Assembly: GCA_965224025.1 (NCBI GenBank)
Contig: OZ245033.1
Coordinates: 672,001-736,000 of the forward strand
DNA: 64,000 bases
Origin: Candidatus Multivorans sp.
GTDB taxonomy: Bacteria; Acidobacteriota; Thermoanaerobaculia; Multivoradales; Multivoraceae
Direction of reading: 5' to 3'
The position numbers and the translations under genes are program-made. Below are positions 27,503 through 37,934 of this stretch, piece after piece (within the stretch, counting starts at the first letter, position 1; every line of letters starts with the position of its first letter). Below the pieces are notes generated by a model, which did not search any database, had not been told where the DNA came from, and was given only the letters and a program-made list of their open reading frames with translations.

Positions 27503-29304
27503 AGTCCGATCGCGGGAAGCCGCCGGCTGGGGTGAGAGGCAGTTCAACCCTGCTTGTCACCTTGATCCTCCTGCTCTTGAGCGGCACCTGCCTGGCCCTG
27601 CTGATGGCGACCCAGACGCAGATGCTGATCGCTTCCGGGCAGAAGCTGCAGGCGCGTCTGCTCGCTGCCGCGGACGGCGGCCTGCAACTCGCCGTGGCGC
27701 GCGGGCTGGCCGGCGCCTCCGACCCCTACACGCGTACCCTGCGCGCCGGCGCGCCGGGCGCCGGGATCACGATCGAAGTCACGGGCGTAGTGCAGGTGGC
27801 GGACGGCACATGCCACCTTTGCATGGCGAACCTGGACGGCTCGTTGGGCTCGCTTGGCGGTCTGCGCCGGGTCAGCCACGTCGCCGGAGCGGCCGCCACG
27901 GCGCCGAGCCGCTTGGACGGTCTGCCGCCTCCCAGGCGGGAGCTGACCGCGGTGGTCGACCTGATGCCGTGGCCGGTCGGTGCGAGCGATGAATGGGACC
28001 TCGCCGGAACGGCAAGGGCGGCGCGAGGCCTGATCCGGGATGCCGCCCTGAGCGAGATTGGCGCCTACGACGAAGATGCCCCGTTGACCGTGGGCAGGGT
28101 CGCCGATCCGGACGCCGACGCGCCGCGGACGGTGGCGGTCGGAGGACTTGGCCGGGCCGGCCGGCTTCTCTACGGCTTTGAACTGTCGCCGGAGGCCGGC
28201 CCGCTGTGGCGCTTCGCCGAAAGCACGGACGCGGACGGCAACGGCGCCGCCGACCTCGGCTACACGGTGTCGAAGCCGGCGATCGTGCCGCTGCGGATCG
28301 GCGCCGGCGTCCGTGCAGTCGCGGTGTTCGGGGGAGGCTTCGACCCCGAGCGGTCGAGCGAGGTGGGCAACTGGCTGTACTTCGTGGGGATCGACAGCGG
28401 GCAGGTGCTGTACAAGCGGTCGCTTGATGCGCCGGTCACCGCCGCGCCGGCGGCGGTCGACACCAGGGGCGATGGACTGGCCGATCGGCTCTTCGTGGGG
28501 ACGACCGCGGGCAGTCTGTACCGCGTCGACGTGTCGCCCCCGGTCGAACTCGAGGGCGGCCGCGTTCCGGCCGGCGCCTGGAAACCCCGGCGGGTGTTCG
28601 ACACCGGCGGCCTGCCGATCCGCTATCCGCCCGCGACGATCCCGGTGCCGGCGCTTGGCGCCTACGCCCTTGCCCTGGGGGCCGGCGGCGCCGCCGACCC
28701 GGAGGCCGTTTCCGAGGAAGACGTGGCCGGCCGGTTCTACCTGTTCGTGGAGCGCGGCTCCGGCGGTCCCGGTTCGGCCGACCGACTTCCCCACCTCGAC
28801 CCGGAGAGTACGCCCCGGGGCGTCGATCGGTTGGCCCCGGCGCTGGCGCCGCGGGAGCAGGGGTGGTCGCTGACCCTCGGCGCCGGGGAGCGTCCGGCGT
28901 CGGCGCCGCTGGCCGCCGGTGGACTCCTCACCTTCTTCACCCTGCGCCCGACCGGGCCGGACGGCGGAGAGATCCGCAGGTACGCGCTGCGGCTTGGTTC
29001 GGGCGACGCCGCGGGCGCCGGCCCACGTTCGCAGCTTGCAAGTCGCAACGCCTCGTGGCCGTCATCCGCCCTTGGGGCGCCGACCCGGATCGAGATCGAC
29101 CATCCGGGAAGTCTGGCCGCTCCGATGCTTGGGTCTGACGAGATCGCGATTCTCGAGGGGCTCCGGGACCGGATGCCGGAGCGTTGCCGGTTCGACGGCA
29201 GCCGTATCCGGCTGACCGGGTCCGGCCCGGAAGGCTCGCCGATCCGGCTGGCGGTCCTGCCGGTATGCCGGATCGACGTGGACTGGGCCGAAGGCCGGCT
29301 CTAA
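27499..29304 (+). CDS. PilX-like N-terminus fused to PilY1/PilC beta-propeller domain
   Basis: RG/SSTLLVTLILLLL..LLAAADGGLQLA (PilX, no E5); later LGYTVSKPAIV, VFGGGFD, DTRGDGLADRLFVG...GSLYRVD, QGWSLTL (PilY1); single open frame. Confidence 0.65.
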   Translation: MKSDRGKPPAGVRGSSTLLVTLILLLLSGTCLALLMATQTQMLIASGQKLQARLLAAADGGLQLAVARGLAGASDPYTRTLRAGAPGAGITIEVTGVVQVADGTCHLCMANLDGSLGSLGGLRRVSHVAGAAATAPSRLDGLPPPRRELTAVVDLMPWPVGASDEWDLAGTARAARGLIRDAALSEIGAYDEDAPLTVGRVADPDADAPRTVAVGGLGRAGRLLYGFELSPEAGPLWRFAESTDADGNGAADLGYTVSKPAIVPLRIGAGVRAVAVFGGGFDPERSSEVGNWLYFVGIDSGQVLYKRSLDAPVTAAPAAVDTRGDGLADRLFVGTTAGSLYRVDVSPPVELEGGRVPAGAWKPRRVFDTGGLPIRYPPATIPVPALGAYALALGAGGAADPEAVSEEDVAGRFYLFVERGSGGPGSADRLPHLDPESTPRGVDRLAPALAPREQGWSLTLGAGERPASAPLAAGGLLTFFTLRPTGPDGGEIRRYALRLGSGDAAGAGPRSQLASRNASWPSSALGAPTRIEIDHPGSLAAPMLGSDEIAILEGLRDRMPERCRFDGSRIRLTGSGPEGSPIRLAVLPVCRIDVDWAEGRL

Positions 29305-29417
29305 ATCGAAACAGTGGGTGCACCGGCCGTTGCGTGGGCCTTCCGGCCCGCGTCCGGGCGCTGCCGCGAAGCGGCGCACGCGAGCTTCCTGGGCGGAATC
29401 TTCTGCGGGCCAGACTC

Positions 29418-30764
29418 CTACTGCCGATGTCTCAGAGCCCTTTCGACCGCCGTCGCGAGCGCCTCGTCGTCGGCCGGATCCACGGTCCGCAGATCGAGGA
29501 TGAGGCGTCCCCGGCGCTGGTATCCGACCACGGGCGGCTCGCCGCTCCGAAGCCGGCCGGCGGTCTCGGCGGGGGCGTCCAGCGCGAGCACCCAACCCTC
29601 GATCGACTCATCCGGCGCGGCGCCGCCGCCCAGATAGGCGTCGCCCCGGACTGTCTGGCCGCCCAGTCTGGCCGCCATCTGTTCGACCCGTCGTTGGGGT
29701 TCCCCGGTCTCGTCCCAGAGAGCCTCGATCGGCATCCGCCGCGCCGCCAGGTGGCGCCGGAGCACTGCGTCCAGGGCGGTCAGGACCAGCCGTCCCGGTC
29801 GGAGCGCGCGGTAGAGCGGCGACTTCCGGAGTCGGTCGACGAACGCTCTCCGACCCACGATCAGGCCGGCCTGCGGTCCCCCGAGGACCTTGTCGCCGCT
29901 GCCGCAGACCAGGTCGCAGCCGGCTTCGATCAGATCCCGGAAGCTCTCGTGCCGTCGCAGCGCCGGAACCGTCTGCGACCCGATGACGCCGCTGCCCTCG
30001 TCGACCAGGAGGGGCAGGTCGTGACGGTGCGCGAAGGCGGCGAGGTCGGCCGCCGCAACCTCCTCCGCGAAGCCGCGGATGCGGAAGTTGCTGGAGAACA
30101 CCTTGAGGACCAGGGACGCGGCCGGGCGCACGGCCCGTTCGTAGTCGGCGAGCCGGGTGCGGTTCGTGGTACCGACCTCGACGAGCCGCGCGCCGCTCGT
30201 CTTCAGGATGTCGGGAATCCGGAACGAACCGCCGATCTCGACGAGTTCGCTCCGGGACAGAAGGACTTCGCGGCCGCCGGCAAGAGTGGACAGCGCCAGC
30301 ACCAGGGCGGCCGCGTTGTTGTTGACCGCCAGAGCCGCCTCGGCGCCGGTCAGGGACACGAGAAGGCTCTCGACGCGCCGACTCCGGTCCGTGCGGCGTC
30401 CGGTCGCGAGGTCCATCTCCAGGTCGCAGTACGCGTCGAGCCGAGTCTTCATGCCGTCCACGACGGGTCGAGGAAGGGGCGCCCGGCCCAGATTCGTATG
30501 AAGGAAGATGCCCGTTGCGTTCAGCACCCGGCGGAGAGGAGGCGCTTCCGCTTCAAGGGCCGCGCGGACGAGTTCGGGGATCCGGCGGATCCGATCGTTC
30601 AGGTCGTCATCGCCGATGCCGGTTCGGATTTCGCCGCGAAGCGCGTCGAGAACCCTGGCTGCTTGGACCCTCGTCGCTTGCCTTCCGTATAATCCTGTGA
30701 GTTCGGCAAGCGGGCTCTCCTGCAGCAAACGTCCCAGCGCGGGCAGTCGTCGCAGTTGACTCAC
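29418..30764 (-). CDS. selA: L-seryl-tRNA(Sec) selenium transferase
   Basis: RRVLNATG..LHTNLGRAPL, VNNNAAA, SR.ELVEIGGSFRIPD, EVGTTNRT, SGDKVLGGPQAG, LDLRT. Confidence 0.92.
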   Translation of the reverse strand: MSQLRRLPALGRLLQESPLAELTGLYGRQATRVQAARVLDALRGEIRTGIGDDDLNDRIRRIPELVRAALEAEAPPLRRVLNATGIFLHTNLGRAPLPRPVVDGMKTRLDAYCDLEMDLATGRRTDRSRRVESLLVSLTGAEAALAVNNNAAALVLALSTLAGGREVLLSRSELVEIGGSFRIPDILKTSGARLVEVGTTNRTRLADYERAVRPAASLVLKVFSSNFRIRGFAEEVAAADLAAFAHRHDLPLLVDEGSGVIGSQTVPALRRHESFRDLIEAGCDLVCGSGDKVLGGPQAGLIVGRRAFVDRLRKSPLYRALRPGRLVLTALDAVLRRHLAARRMPIEALWDETGEPQRRVEQMAARLGGQTVRGDAYLGGGAAPDESIEGWVLALDAPAETAGRLRSGEPPVVGYQRRGRLILDLRTVDPADDEALATAVERALRHRQ

Positions 30765-30806
30765 GTCTCGCTGATCCTATTCCTCGCAGCCACCGCGCGG
30801 AGAGCC

Positions 30807-31982
30807 ATGAACGCCAAGCAATCACTCTTCAGAACACTCTCGAGAGCGACAGTGCTCGCCCCCTGCCTGCTTCTGCTTGGCGCGGCGGCGCCGTTCGGCG
30901 TCGATGCCGCAATCGGAGCTCAGGTCGCCGGCGCTGCGGCGCACGCCGATCCGAACCTGGAGCGGGCGATTGCCGAGCAGCGCAAGGTGGTGGCGAGGCA
31001 GAACCGCCCGGGCGACCGCGCGACGGCCCTGAACGATCTCGCCAATCTGCTGGAGCTCCGGGGCGATGTCGCGGCGGCTTTCGAGCACTACCGGGCCGCG
31101 ATCGACGCGGACGGAACCTGGGCGCCCGCGCACTACAACCTGGCCCTGCTGGCCTACACGACCGGCGACCCGGAGTTGGCGTCGAACCATCTTCAAACGG
31201 CGATCGAGCTGGCGCCGGGGAACGCCTGGGCGCACTACCTGCTCGGCCGGACCGCGGACGATTCGGGTGAAGCCGAGAAGGCGGTGCAGCACTACGTACG
31301 CGCCGTGAGCCTGGACTCGCACCTGGCCTTCGGCGACGTCAATCCCCACTTCGCGGTGAATCGGTACGCCACCGAGATTCTGCTCCGGGCGGACCGCGCG
31401 CGCTCCGAGGCTCTGCCGCCGAGAACCTACTCGGAGCCGGGCCGGATCAGCGGTCTGCTGGTGCCGTCGGCGCCGGATGCGGAGTCGGCGGCCGATAGGG
31501 AAACCGAGGAAACCGAAGTGACGGATACAACGGAGACGGCCGAGTCGGACCACCGTCGAGCCGACAGCGTGAGCCGATCCCGCCTTCCGGCGGGAACCGA
31601 GACAGCAGGGTTCGAGGCTTCGACTGCGGCGCCCGCTTCTCTCCCGGGGTCTTCGGAGGACGATGAGAGGGCGAATGTTCCGGCCGACCTGGCCCGCAGA
31701 GCGGACAACGCCGCCGAGCAGGGGTCGCGGGTCTTCACTCGGGACGACCTTCGCCACCGCACGGTTGCCGCTGGCGGTGTGGCCAGGGTGCCCGCGGGCA
31801 CTCCGCCGCCGTCGTCGAGCCCTGCATCGGGGAGGCGCGGCGCGATTCAGGTGGGGACACCGGTTGGACCGCGCGGCAGGCAGCCGGGGCCTGGTCCCGT
31901 GGGGGGGCGCTTCGAGCCGACTTCCCGCAGCAGCGCTCAGCTTGACGTGACGATTCGCCGCATCCCGGCGCCGGCGCCCTAG
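30807..31982 (+). CDS. secreted TPR-repeat protein with low-complexity tail
   Basis: Signal-like N-terminus; TPRs (ALNDLANLL, AHYNLALL, AHYLLG); acidic/Pro-rich C-half. Confidence 0.7.
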   Translation: MNAKQSLFRTLSRATVLAPCLLLLGAAAPFGVDAAIGAQVAGAAAHADPNLERAIAEQRKVVARQNRPGDRATALNDLANLLELRGDVAAAFEHYRAAIDADGTWAPAHYNLALLAYTTGDPELASNHLQTAIELAPGNAWAHYLLGRTADDSGEAEKAVQHYVRAVSLDSHLAFGDVNPHFAVNRYATEILLRADRARSEALPPRTYSEPGRISGLLVPSAPDAESAADRETEETEVTDTTETAESDHRRADSVSRSRLPAGTETAGFEASTAAPASLPGSSEDDERANVPADLARRADNAAEQGSRVFTRDDLRHRTVAAGGVARVPAGTPPPSSSPASGRRGAIQVGTPVGPRGRQPGPGPVGGRFEPTSRSSAQLDVTIRRIPAPAP

Positions 31983-31991
31983 CGACGCGAG

Positions 31992-32050
31992 CTTGCATGG
32001 AACAAGTTTCCTGTGCGTCAGCGCGGCGCGGACGCCGCGACTCGACTCCT
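31992..32050 (+). repeat. family B repeat (3' part) between convergent genes
   Basis: cttgcatggaacaa..ttcctgtgcgtcagcgcggcgcggacgccgcgactcgactcct. Confidence 0.85.
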
Positions 32051-32067
32051 GGGCGCCAAAGACGCCG

Positions 32068-33477
32068 TTAGGGGACGGGCTCGAGTTGCAGCCCGGTCAG
32101 CAGCAGTGTCGGCGCGCCCACCGCTCCGGGCGCCGGCAGGAACCGGAGGTCGTCGCCGACGGCGCTGATTCCGCGGAACAACTGGCGGATCGAACCTCTG
32201 AGCCGCGCCCTCGGGATGGCGCCGAGAATGCGGCCGTGTTCCACCACGAAGCCGGTCGCATCGATCTCGAAGTTCGATTCCCGGCCGTTGTCCGAGAGTG
32301 CGAAGGTGGCGTGGCGGCGCCCGCCCGGAACGCGGTCCAGCAGATAGCACCCGCGTCGGATTCCATTCCGGATCGCATCCGCGGACTCCGGGCCGCGCGC
32401 GATGTAGAGATGGGAGTGGCTGATCTCGGGCGGCGCCCGCCAGCCCGACCGGCGCCGGCAGCCGGCGGCGGAGAAACCCGACCAACCATCATCCTCCCAG
32501 GTCAGCAGAGGCTCGCCGGGTTCTCCGTCCCGGACCAGCGCCACTGCCCGCGTGGGCACGCCCTCGTCATCGATCGGGGACCTGATCCAGCCGGTCTCGA
32601 GGGCGCCGTCGTCCAGGATCTGCAGGTCCGGCGGTCCCAGCGAGTGCCCTGAACCGAGGCGCTGAAGCGTCTCCCAGCCGTCGCGGCCCCTGAACAGGGG
32701 GCCGAGCAGAGCCAGCAGACTGGAGGCCAGTGCGGGCGCCGCCGCGATTTCACCGGAAGGCAGGACCGGTGCGGGTGCGGCGGTCGCGAGCGTCAGCCGG
32801 TCGGCGACCTCGGCGGCGATGGCGCGCGCATCGAAGCCCGTCACTTCGCTGGCCGCACGGTAGAGGCTGCAGGAGCCGCGGACACCGTTTCGTTCGACGG
32901 CGAACTCCATGTCGACCGTCGCGAGGCGCAGTGAGGTCCGTCCGGTGACTCCAGCGCTGTTTGCAAGCATGGACGCGCTGGCGCCGTCGTCCAGTCTTGC
33001 CCGGATCAGGCGGCTGCCCGGAAGTTCGTTACGGGTTCGTTCCAGAATGCCGCAAATGAGGTCTCGGCCGAGAGCTTCCGAGTCGTTGGCCGCAACATCC
33101 TTCTTGCCGGGGTTGGGCGGCGACGCCTTTCGAATGTCTCGTGGCGGCAATCGGAGCGAACCCGGCCTCAGGGAATGACGATTCAATCGACGCCAGCCGC
33201 CGGGAGCAGGTAGCGGGCCGGACTCGGCAATGAAGAGCGCCCCGCTCGCGCCTCCCGCGCGCAGGGCCCACCCTCTCTCTTCGACGTTGCCCACGTGAGA
33301 GCGCCAGTCCTCTGGGGCGGACGGCGACGCGATGCCGGGCCGCCAAGGGTCGATTTCGATCCGGAGGCTGCCTCCGGCCTTGACGTAGAATTCGGCGCTC
33401 GATGCGCCGGTGCGATTCGTCACCGCGGTCAGCGCCGTCCTGAGGGCCTGAATGGTTGGCAACCGGAGTGGCTTCAA
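32068..33477 (-). CDS. pmbA: TldE/PmbA-like protein
   Basis: ILDDG......SPIDDEGVPT, ATGFVVEHG, SAVGDDL.F....GAPTLL; lacks HExxH; TTGA overlap with tldD. Confidence 0.75.
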   Translation of the reverse strand: MKPLRLPTIQALRTALTAVTNRTGASSAEFYVKAGGSLRIEIDPWRPGIASPSAPEDWRSHVGNVEERGWALRAGGASGALFIAESGPLPAPGGWRRLNRHSLRPGSLRLPPRDIRKASPPNPGKKDVAANDSEALGRDLICGILERTRNELPGSRLIRARLDDGASASMLANSAGVTGRTSLRLATVDMEFAVERNGVRGSCSLYRAASEVTGFDARAIAAEVADRLTLATAAPAPVLPSGEIAAAPALASSLLALLGPLFRGRDGWETLQRLGSGHSLGPPDLQILDDGALETGWIRSPIDDEGVPTRAVALVRDGEPGEPLLTWEDDGWSGFSAAGCRRRSGWRAPPEISHSHLYIARGPESADAIRNGIRRGCYLLDRVPGGRRHATFALSDNGRESNFEIDATGFVVEHGRILGAIPRARLRGSIRQLFRGISAVGDDLRFLPAPGAVGAPTLLLTGLQLEPVP

Positions 33478-34808
33478 TCCAGCCCCTCCAGGCGCACGGA
33501 CGGGCTGCGCGCCCATACCGGCAGGAGAGCCCCGCCCTTCACACACCATCCAGCGCCGGCGGCCAGCGGGCGGTCGCCAACCGCGGTTACAGCCGCTAGG
33601 AGGTCGACCGTGCGCGACCGGATCGCCACCGGTCCCACGTAGTCGACCGGACCGCTGGCGCCGATCCGCCGGGCGCAGGGCGCTCGCAGCACACAGCCGC
33701 CATCGAACGGGTTCAGCGTGCCGCTGTCGAACTCGCCGATGTAGAGGCCTCCGGCGGCTTCGCGGAACAGTTCCGCTTCGGGCAGATCGCTGGGAAGCAA
33801 CTCCAGGTGCGTGGTGCGCGGGCCCGGCAACAGGTGGCGGCTGGCGCGGCGTGCGGCGCCCGGAATCAGGCGCTGGTAGCGGCCGGCCCAGGAGAGGTCG
33901 GCCAGCGGCTGCCGTACGCGGCCCCGGCGGAGCAGCCACCGGGCGATGACTGTCGTGCCTTCATCGTCGCTGAAACGTCCGCAACCATCCGGCGCCAGGC
34001 GGGGATCGTCTACAACGTCGAGATGGACTTCGCCCAGCTTCAAACCGACCACGCTTTCCGGGGCCCCGGTCAGGGCCAGGGTGTCCGCCTCCAGCGTGTG
34101 GCCGACGACTTCGTGCAGCATCACCGCGGCGGCGCAGGGTCCGAGGACGATGACGCGAGGCGTGTCCGGATGCTCCGGCAGGTTCCGCGACCTGAGCCGA
34201 TCGACCAGGCACGCGGCGATCGGATCGAGATCTTCGTCCGCCAGCGATGGCAGCAGACCTCCCCAGACGCCCCAGGGCGTTTCCACGCGCAGGCTGAAGT
34301 ACTCCTCGAACTGGCTGGGAGCTGACATGTGCCCGTGAATCACCTGAACCTGCCGGCGGTGGCGCCGAACGGTGACCTCCATGGGGAAGCCCACACGGCG
34401 CCGATTGACCGCCCGTCCGAGTTGCCGCTCGGCCCGCTCGATGTCCGCAAGACGGAGTGGCGGCCAGCGACTGACCTTGATCTTCGGAAGCGGCCCGATC
34501 GAACCGGCCGTGCCGGTTACCCGGTCGCAGCAGGAGGCGAAGGCGTGTCCCGAGATCGTGTCGGCAGAGGCCAGACGACTGCTGCCCGCCTCGATTCTGC
34601 GCACGGATAGACCCTGCTCCCGTCGCAGGCGGAGGCGGTCCTGCGTGCCTCCGGGCAGCAACTCGACCGTCTCCAGACGTTCGAAGAACGCTTCCGTGCG
34701 TTGACCCGGGTGCAGGGTAGGCCGGGCCAGGGCCAGGGCATCGGTCAGCGTGGGGGCGTCCGAGGCCAGCAAGTCATTCGGCCGCGCTGCGGTGGCCGTC
34801 GTTTCCAT
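33474..34808 (-). CDS. tldD: TldD-family metalloprotease
   Basis: [29 protein letters not shown]. Confidence 0.82.
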   Translation of the reverse strand: METTATAARPNDLLASDAPTLTDALALARPTLHPGQRTEAFFERLETVELLPGGTQDRLRLRREQGLSVRRIEAGSSRLASADTISGHAFASCCDRVTGTAGSIGPLPKIKVSRWPPLRLADIERAERQLGRAVNRRRVGFPMEVTVRRHRRQVQVIHGHMSAPSQFEEYFSLRVETPWGVWGGLLPSLADEDLDPIAACLVDRLRSRNLPEHPDTPRVIVLGPCAAAVMLHEVVGHTLEADTLALTGAPESVVGLKLGEVHLDVVDDPRLAPDGCGRFSDDEGTTVIARWLLRRGRVRQPLADLSWAGRYQRLIPGAARRASRHLLPGPRTTHLELLPSDLPEAELFREAAGGLYIGEFDSGTLNPFDGGCVLRAPCARRIGASGPVDYVGPVAIRSRTVDLLAAVTAVGDRPLAAGAGWCVKGGALLPVWARSPSVRLEGLD

Positions 34809-34878
34809 GGATGTGATTCTAGGAGGCCGCGCCGCAGAACGCAGCGAACCGAAGGCCTGTGGTAAGAAAGCCGCTCGG

Positions 34879-36465
34879 ATGACCAGGGTGCAGGAGCCAG
34901 TCGGAGCGGACGGCTCGGTCCGCGGCCAGCAAGCGAGCGAACTGGAGCAGCGGCTTGAACAGTCGCGGTTGGGCGGCGGCGCCGAACGCATAGAACGTCA
35001 GCACGCTAGCGGCAAGCTGACCGCGCGGGAGCGGATTGATCTGCTGCTCGATCCGGGGTCGTTTGTCGAGATCGATGCGCTCGTGACGCACCGCTGCACC
35101 GACTTCGGCATGGCCGAGCAGCGCATCCCGGGTGACGGCGTGGTGTGCGGGCATGGTCGGGTGGATCAGCGTCCAGTGTACGTCTTCGCCCAGGACTTCA
35201 CCGTCTTCGGCGGTTCGCTGTCCGAGACGAACGCCCGCAAGATCTGCAAGGTGATGGACTTGGCTGTCGAGAACGGCGCCCCGGTCGTGGGTTTGAACGA
35301 CTCGGGCGGCGCCCGCATCCAGGAGGGTGTCGCCTCTCTGGGGGGCTACGCCGACATCTTCCTCCGCAACACGCTGGCCTCGGGGGTGGTGCCCCAGATC
35401 AGCGCGATCATGGGGCCCTGCGCGGGCGGCGCGGTCTACTCGCCGGCGATCACGGACTTCGTGCTGATGGTCGAGGGCACGAGCTACATGTTCGTGACCG
35501 GACCGGACGTGATCAGGACGGTGACTCACGAAGATGTCTCGATGGAGGAGTTGGGCGGAGCGAAGACGCACGCGAGGCGGAGCGGCGTGGCGCACTTCAC
35601 CGCCCCCGACGACAAGGCTTGCCTGCTGGCCGTCCGCGAGCTCCTCGGCTACCTGCCCGGCAACAACCTGGACGATTCGCCGCGGCGGCCGACCGACGAT
35701 CCGTATGACCGCGAGGCGCCTGAACTCGACGAGTTGGTGCCGGTCGACCCGAACAAGCCCTACGAGATCGGCGACCTGATCCGCGCCGTCGTCGACGACG
35801 GCCGCTTTCTCGAAGTCCACCGCAACTTCGCCCAGAACATCATGGTCGGCTTCGCGCACTTCGGCGGCCGCAGCGTGGGCATCGTCGCCAACCAGCCGAA
35901 CTACCTCGCCGGCGTGCTCGACATCGACGCGGCGGTCAAGGGCGGTCGGTTCGTGCGCTTCTGCGACGCCTTCAACATCCCGCTGGTCACCTTCGAGGAT
36001 GTGCCGGGTTTCCTGCCCGGCGTGCAGCAGGAGCACGGCGGGATCATCCGCAACGGCGCCAAGCTGCTGTACGCGTTTGCCGAGGCGACGGTGCCGAAGA
36101 TCACCGTGATTACCCGCAAGGCCTACGGGGGCGCCTATTGCGTGATGGCCAGCAAGCACCTGCGCACGGACGTCAACCTGGCCTATCCGACCGCGGAGAT
36201 CGCGGTCATGGGGCCGAGCGGGGCGGTCAACATCCTGTACCGCCAGCAGATCCGGAACGCCGAGGACCCCGAGGCGCTGCGCGAGCGGATGGCCGCGGAG
36301 TACCGGGAGAAGTTCTCGAACCCCTACGTGGCGGCGGAGCGCGGCTTCGTCGACGCAGTGATCGCGCCGCGCACGACCCGCCACAAGATCGTCCGCGCGC
36401 TGCGGCAGCTCAAGGGCAAGCGAAGCGGCGTGCCGGCCAAGAAGCACGGCAGCGTGCCGCTCTAG
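34879..36465 (+). CDS. pccB: acyl-CoA (propionyl-CoA-type) carboxylase carboxyltransferase beta subunit
   Basis: [71 protein letters not shown]. Confidence 0.9.
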   Translation: MTRVQEPVGADGSVRGQQASELEQRLEQSRLGGGAERIERQHASGKLTARERIDLLLDPGSFVEIDALVTHRCTDFGMAEQRIPGDGVVCGHGRVDQRPVYVFAQDFTVFGGSLSETNARKICKVMDLAVENGAPVVGLNDSGGARIQEGVASLGGYADIFLRNTLASGVVPQISAIMGPCAGGAVYSPAITDFVLMVEGTSYMFVTGPDVIRTVTHEDVSMEELGGAKTHARRSGVAHFTAPDDKACLLAVRELLGYLPGNNLDDSPRRPTDDPYDREAPELDELVPVDPNKPYEIGDLIRAVVDDGRFLEVHRNFAQNIMVGFAHFGGRSVGIVANQPNYLAGVLDIDAAVKGGRFVRFCDAFNIPLVTFEDVPGFLPGVQQEHGGIIRNGAKLLYAFAEATVPKITVITRKAYGGAYCVMASKHLRTDVNLAYPTAEIAVMGPSGAVNILYRQQIRNAEDPEALRERMAAEYREKFSNPYVAAERGFVDAVIAPRTTRHKIVRALRQLKGKRSGVPAKKHGSVPL

Positions 36466-36549
36466 CGGAACAGGCCGGAGCAGCGGTTCACCGAGAAACC
36501 AAGCGCTAAGAGAACAACAACAGCGCAACGACGGGGAGCGACCGAACGA

Positions 36550-37062
36550 ATGAGCGACATCAGGGTGGGGATCGTCATGGGCAGCGATTCGGACTGGCCG
36601 ACGATGAAGGCCGCGGCGAAGGTCTGCGCCGACTTCGGCGTCGGCTGCGAGTCGCGGGTTCTCTCGGCCCACCGGACCCCGCGGGAGACCGCCGAGTGGG
36701 CCGAACGCGCGGCTGAGCGAGGCATCGCCGTGTTGATCGCCGGCGCCGGCGGCGCCGCCGCTCTGCCGGGCGTGGTGGCGGCTGCGACCACCCTGCCGGT
36801 GGTCGGCGTCCCGGTGGCGAACGGTCCGCTCAACGGCGTCGATGCCCTGCTGGCGATCGTGCAGATGCCGCCGGGCATCCCGGTCGCTACGGTGGGCGTG
36901 AACCGTGCCGGCAACGCGGCGCTGCTGGCGCTTCAGATCCTGGGGCTCGGCGACGCCGATCTGGCCGCCGCGCTGACCGACTACCGGCGCCGGATGGGTG
37001 AGCGCGTGGCGGCCGCCGACGAGCGCGTCCGGCTGGACTCCGAAGCGCTGGAGAGTGCATGA
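36550..37062 (+). CDS. purE: N5-CAIR mutase
   Basis: VMGSDSD, SAHRTP, AGAGGAAALPG, LPVVGVPV, VQMPPGIPVATV. Confidence 0.96.
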   Translation: MSDIRVGIVMGSDSDWPTMKAAAKVCADFGVGCESRVLSAHRTPRETAEWAERAAERGIAVLIAGAGGAAALPGVVAAATTLPVVGVPVANGPLNGVDALLAIVQMPPGIPVATVGVNRAGNAALLALQILGLGDADLAAALTDYRRRMGERVAAADERVRLDSEALESA

Positions 37063-37496
37063 AGTTCGCGCTCGGCGCCGACCACGCCGGAGTCGAGTTG
37101 AGAGACGAGTTGGGCGAGATTCTGCGTGCCCGCGGAATCGAGGTCGTCGACTTCGGCACCGACGGATCGGCCCCTGCCGACTACCCCGACAAGGCAGCGG
37201 CGGTGGCGCGAGCCGTGGCGTCGGGCGAGGCCGACCGCGGCCTGCTGGTGTGCGGCACCGGAGTCGGCATGGCGATGTCGGCGAACCGTTTCGCCGGGGT
37301 CCGGGCAGTCAATCCGAGCGACAGCTTCACGACCCGGATGTCCCGCGCCCACAACAACGCGAACGTGCTGGCCCTCGGCGCCCGCGCCCTCGGCGCCGGC
37401 CAGGCCTCCGAACTGCTCGAAGTCTTCCTCGACACGCCCTTCGACGGCGACCGCCACACCGGTCGGGTCGAGAAGATCGACCGTGTCGTCGAGTAG
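37059..37496 (+). CDS. rpiB: ribose-5-phosphate isomerase B
   Basis: GADHAG, DYPD, CGTGVGM...ANR..GVRA, R.HNNANVL.LGAR, RH..RV. Confidence 0.95.
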   Translation: MKFALGADHAGVELRDELGEILRARGIEVVDFGTDGSAPADYPDKAAAVARAVASGEADRGLLVCGTGVGMAMSANRFAGVRAVNPSDSFTTRMSRAHNNANVLALGARALGAGQASELLEVFLDTPFDGDRHTGRVEKIDRVVE

Positions 37497-37934
37497 CACA
37501 CGCCTGCGGCGGCGCACGGAGGATCAACCTCCTGGTGCCGCTCGCGCTTGGTCGGAGGGCGGGGAAGTTGCGCTCGCTGCGCCTCACTCCCTCCTGATGG
37601 ATTTCGGTTTCTGTGACGACATGGGCAGTCGCACGTTCAGAGCCACCTGGAAGTTGATCCTCCGTACCCCGCCACGGACTGGACGTCGTCGGCGTCTATG
37701 GTGCTTCCCTGGCGATTTGGCCGCGGTAGCCGGATCCGCGGCGCCGCCCCGTCAGTTGCGTAGCGCGTTGCCGAGCTCCGCCGGCCGTTCTCTGGGTGCG
37801 CGGATCTTCTGGTCCGCATCGGTCGGAGTGGTGCCGTGCGCTTTGCAATGGGCGAGTAGGGTCTCAGCATGCCCGGCCACATGAACGTCTTGCTCGCCGA
37901 AGCGCACACCTTGTCTCTGGGTGAGCGGACAGTT

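Noticed and set aside
32068-34808. tldD/pmbA as a sign of a RiPP cluster
   Set aside because: No precursor peptide, YcaO or modifying enzymes adjacent; this pair is a common housekeeping feature.
37497-37934. Gap between rpiB and folC with a ~50-codon minus-strand frame continuing after the folC UGA
   Set aside because: No recognisable motif or SECIS-like context; folC is already complete; the region holds repeat fragments.
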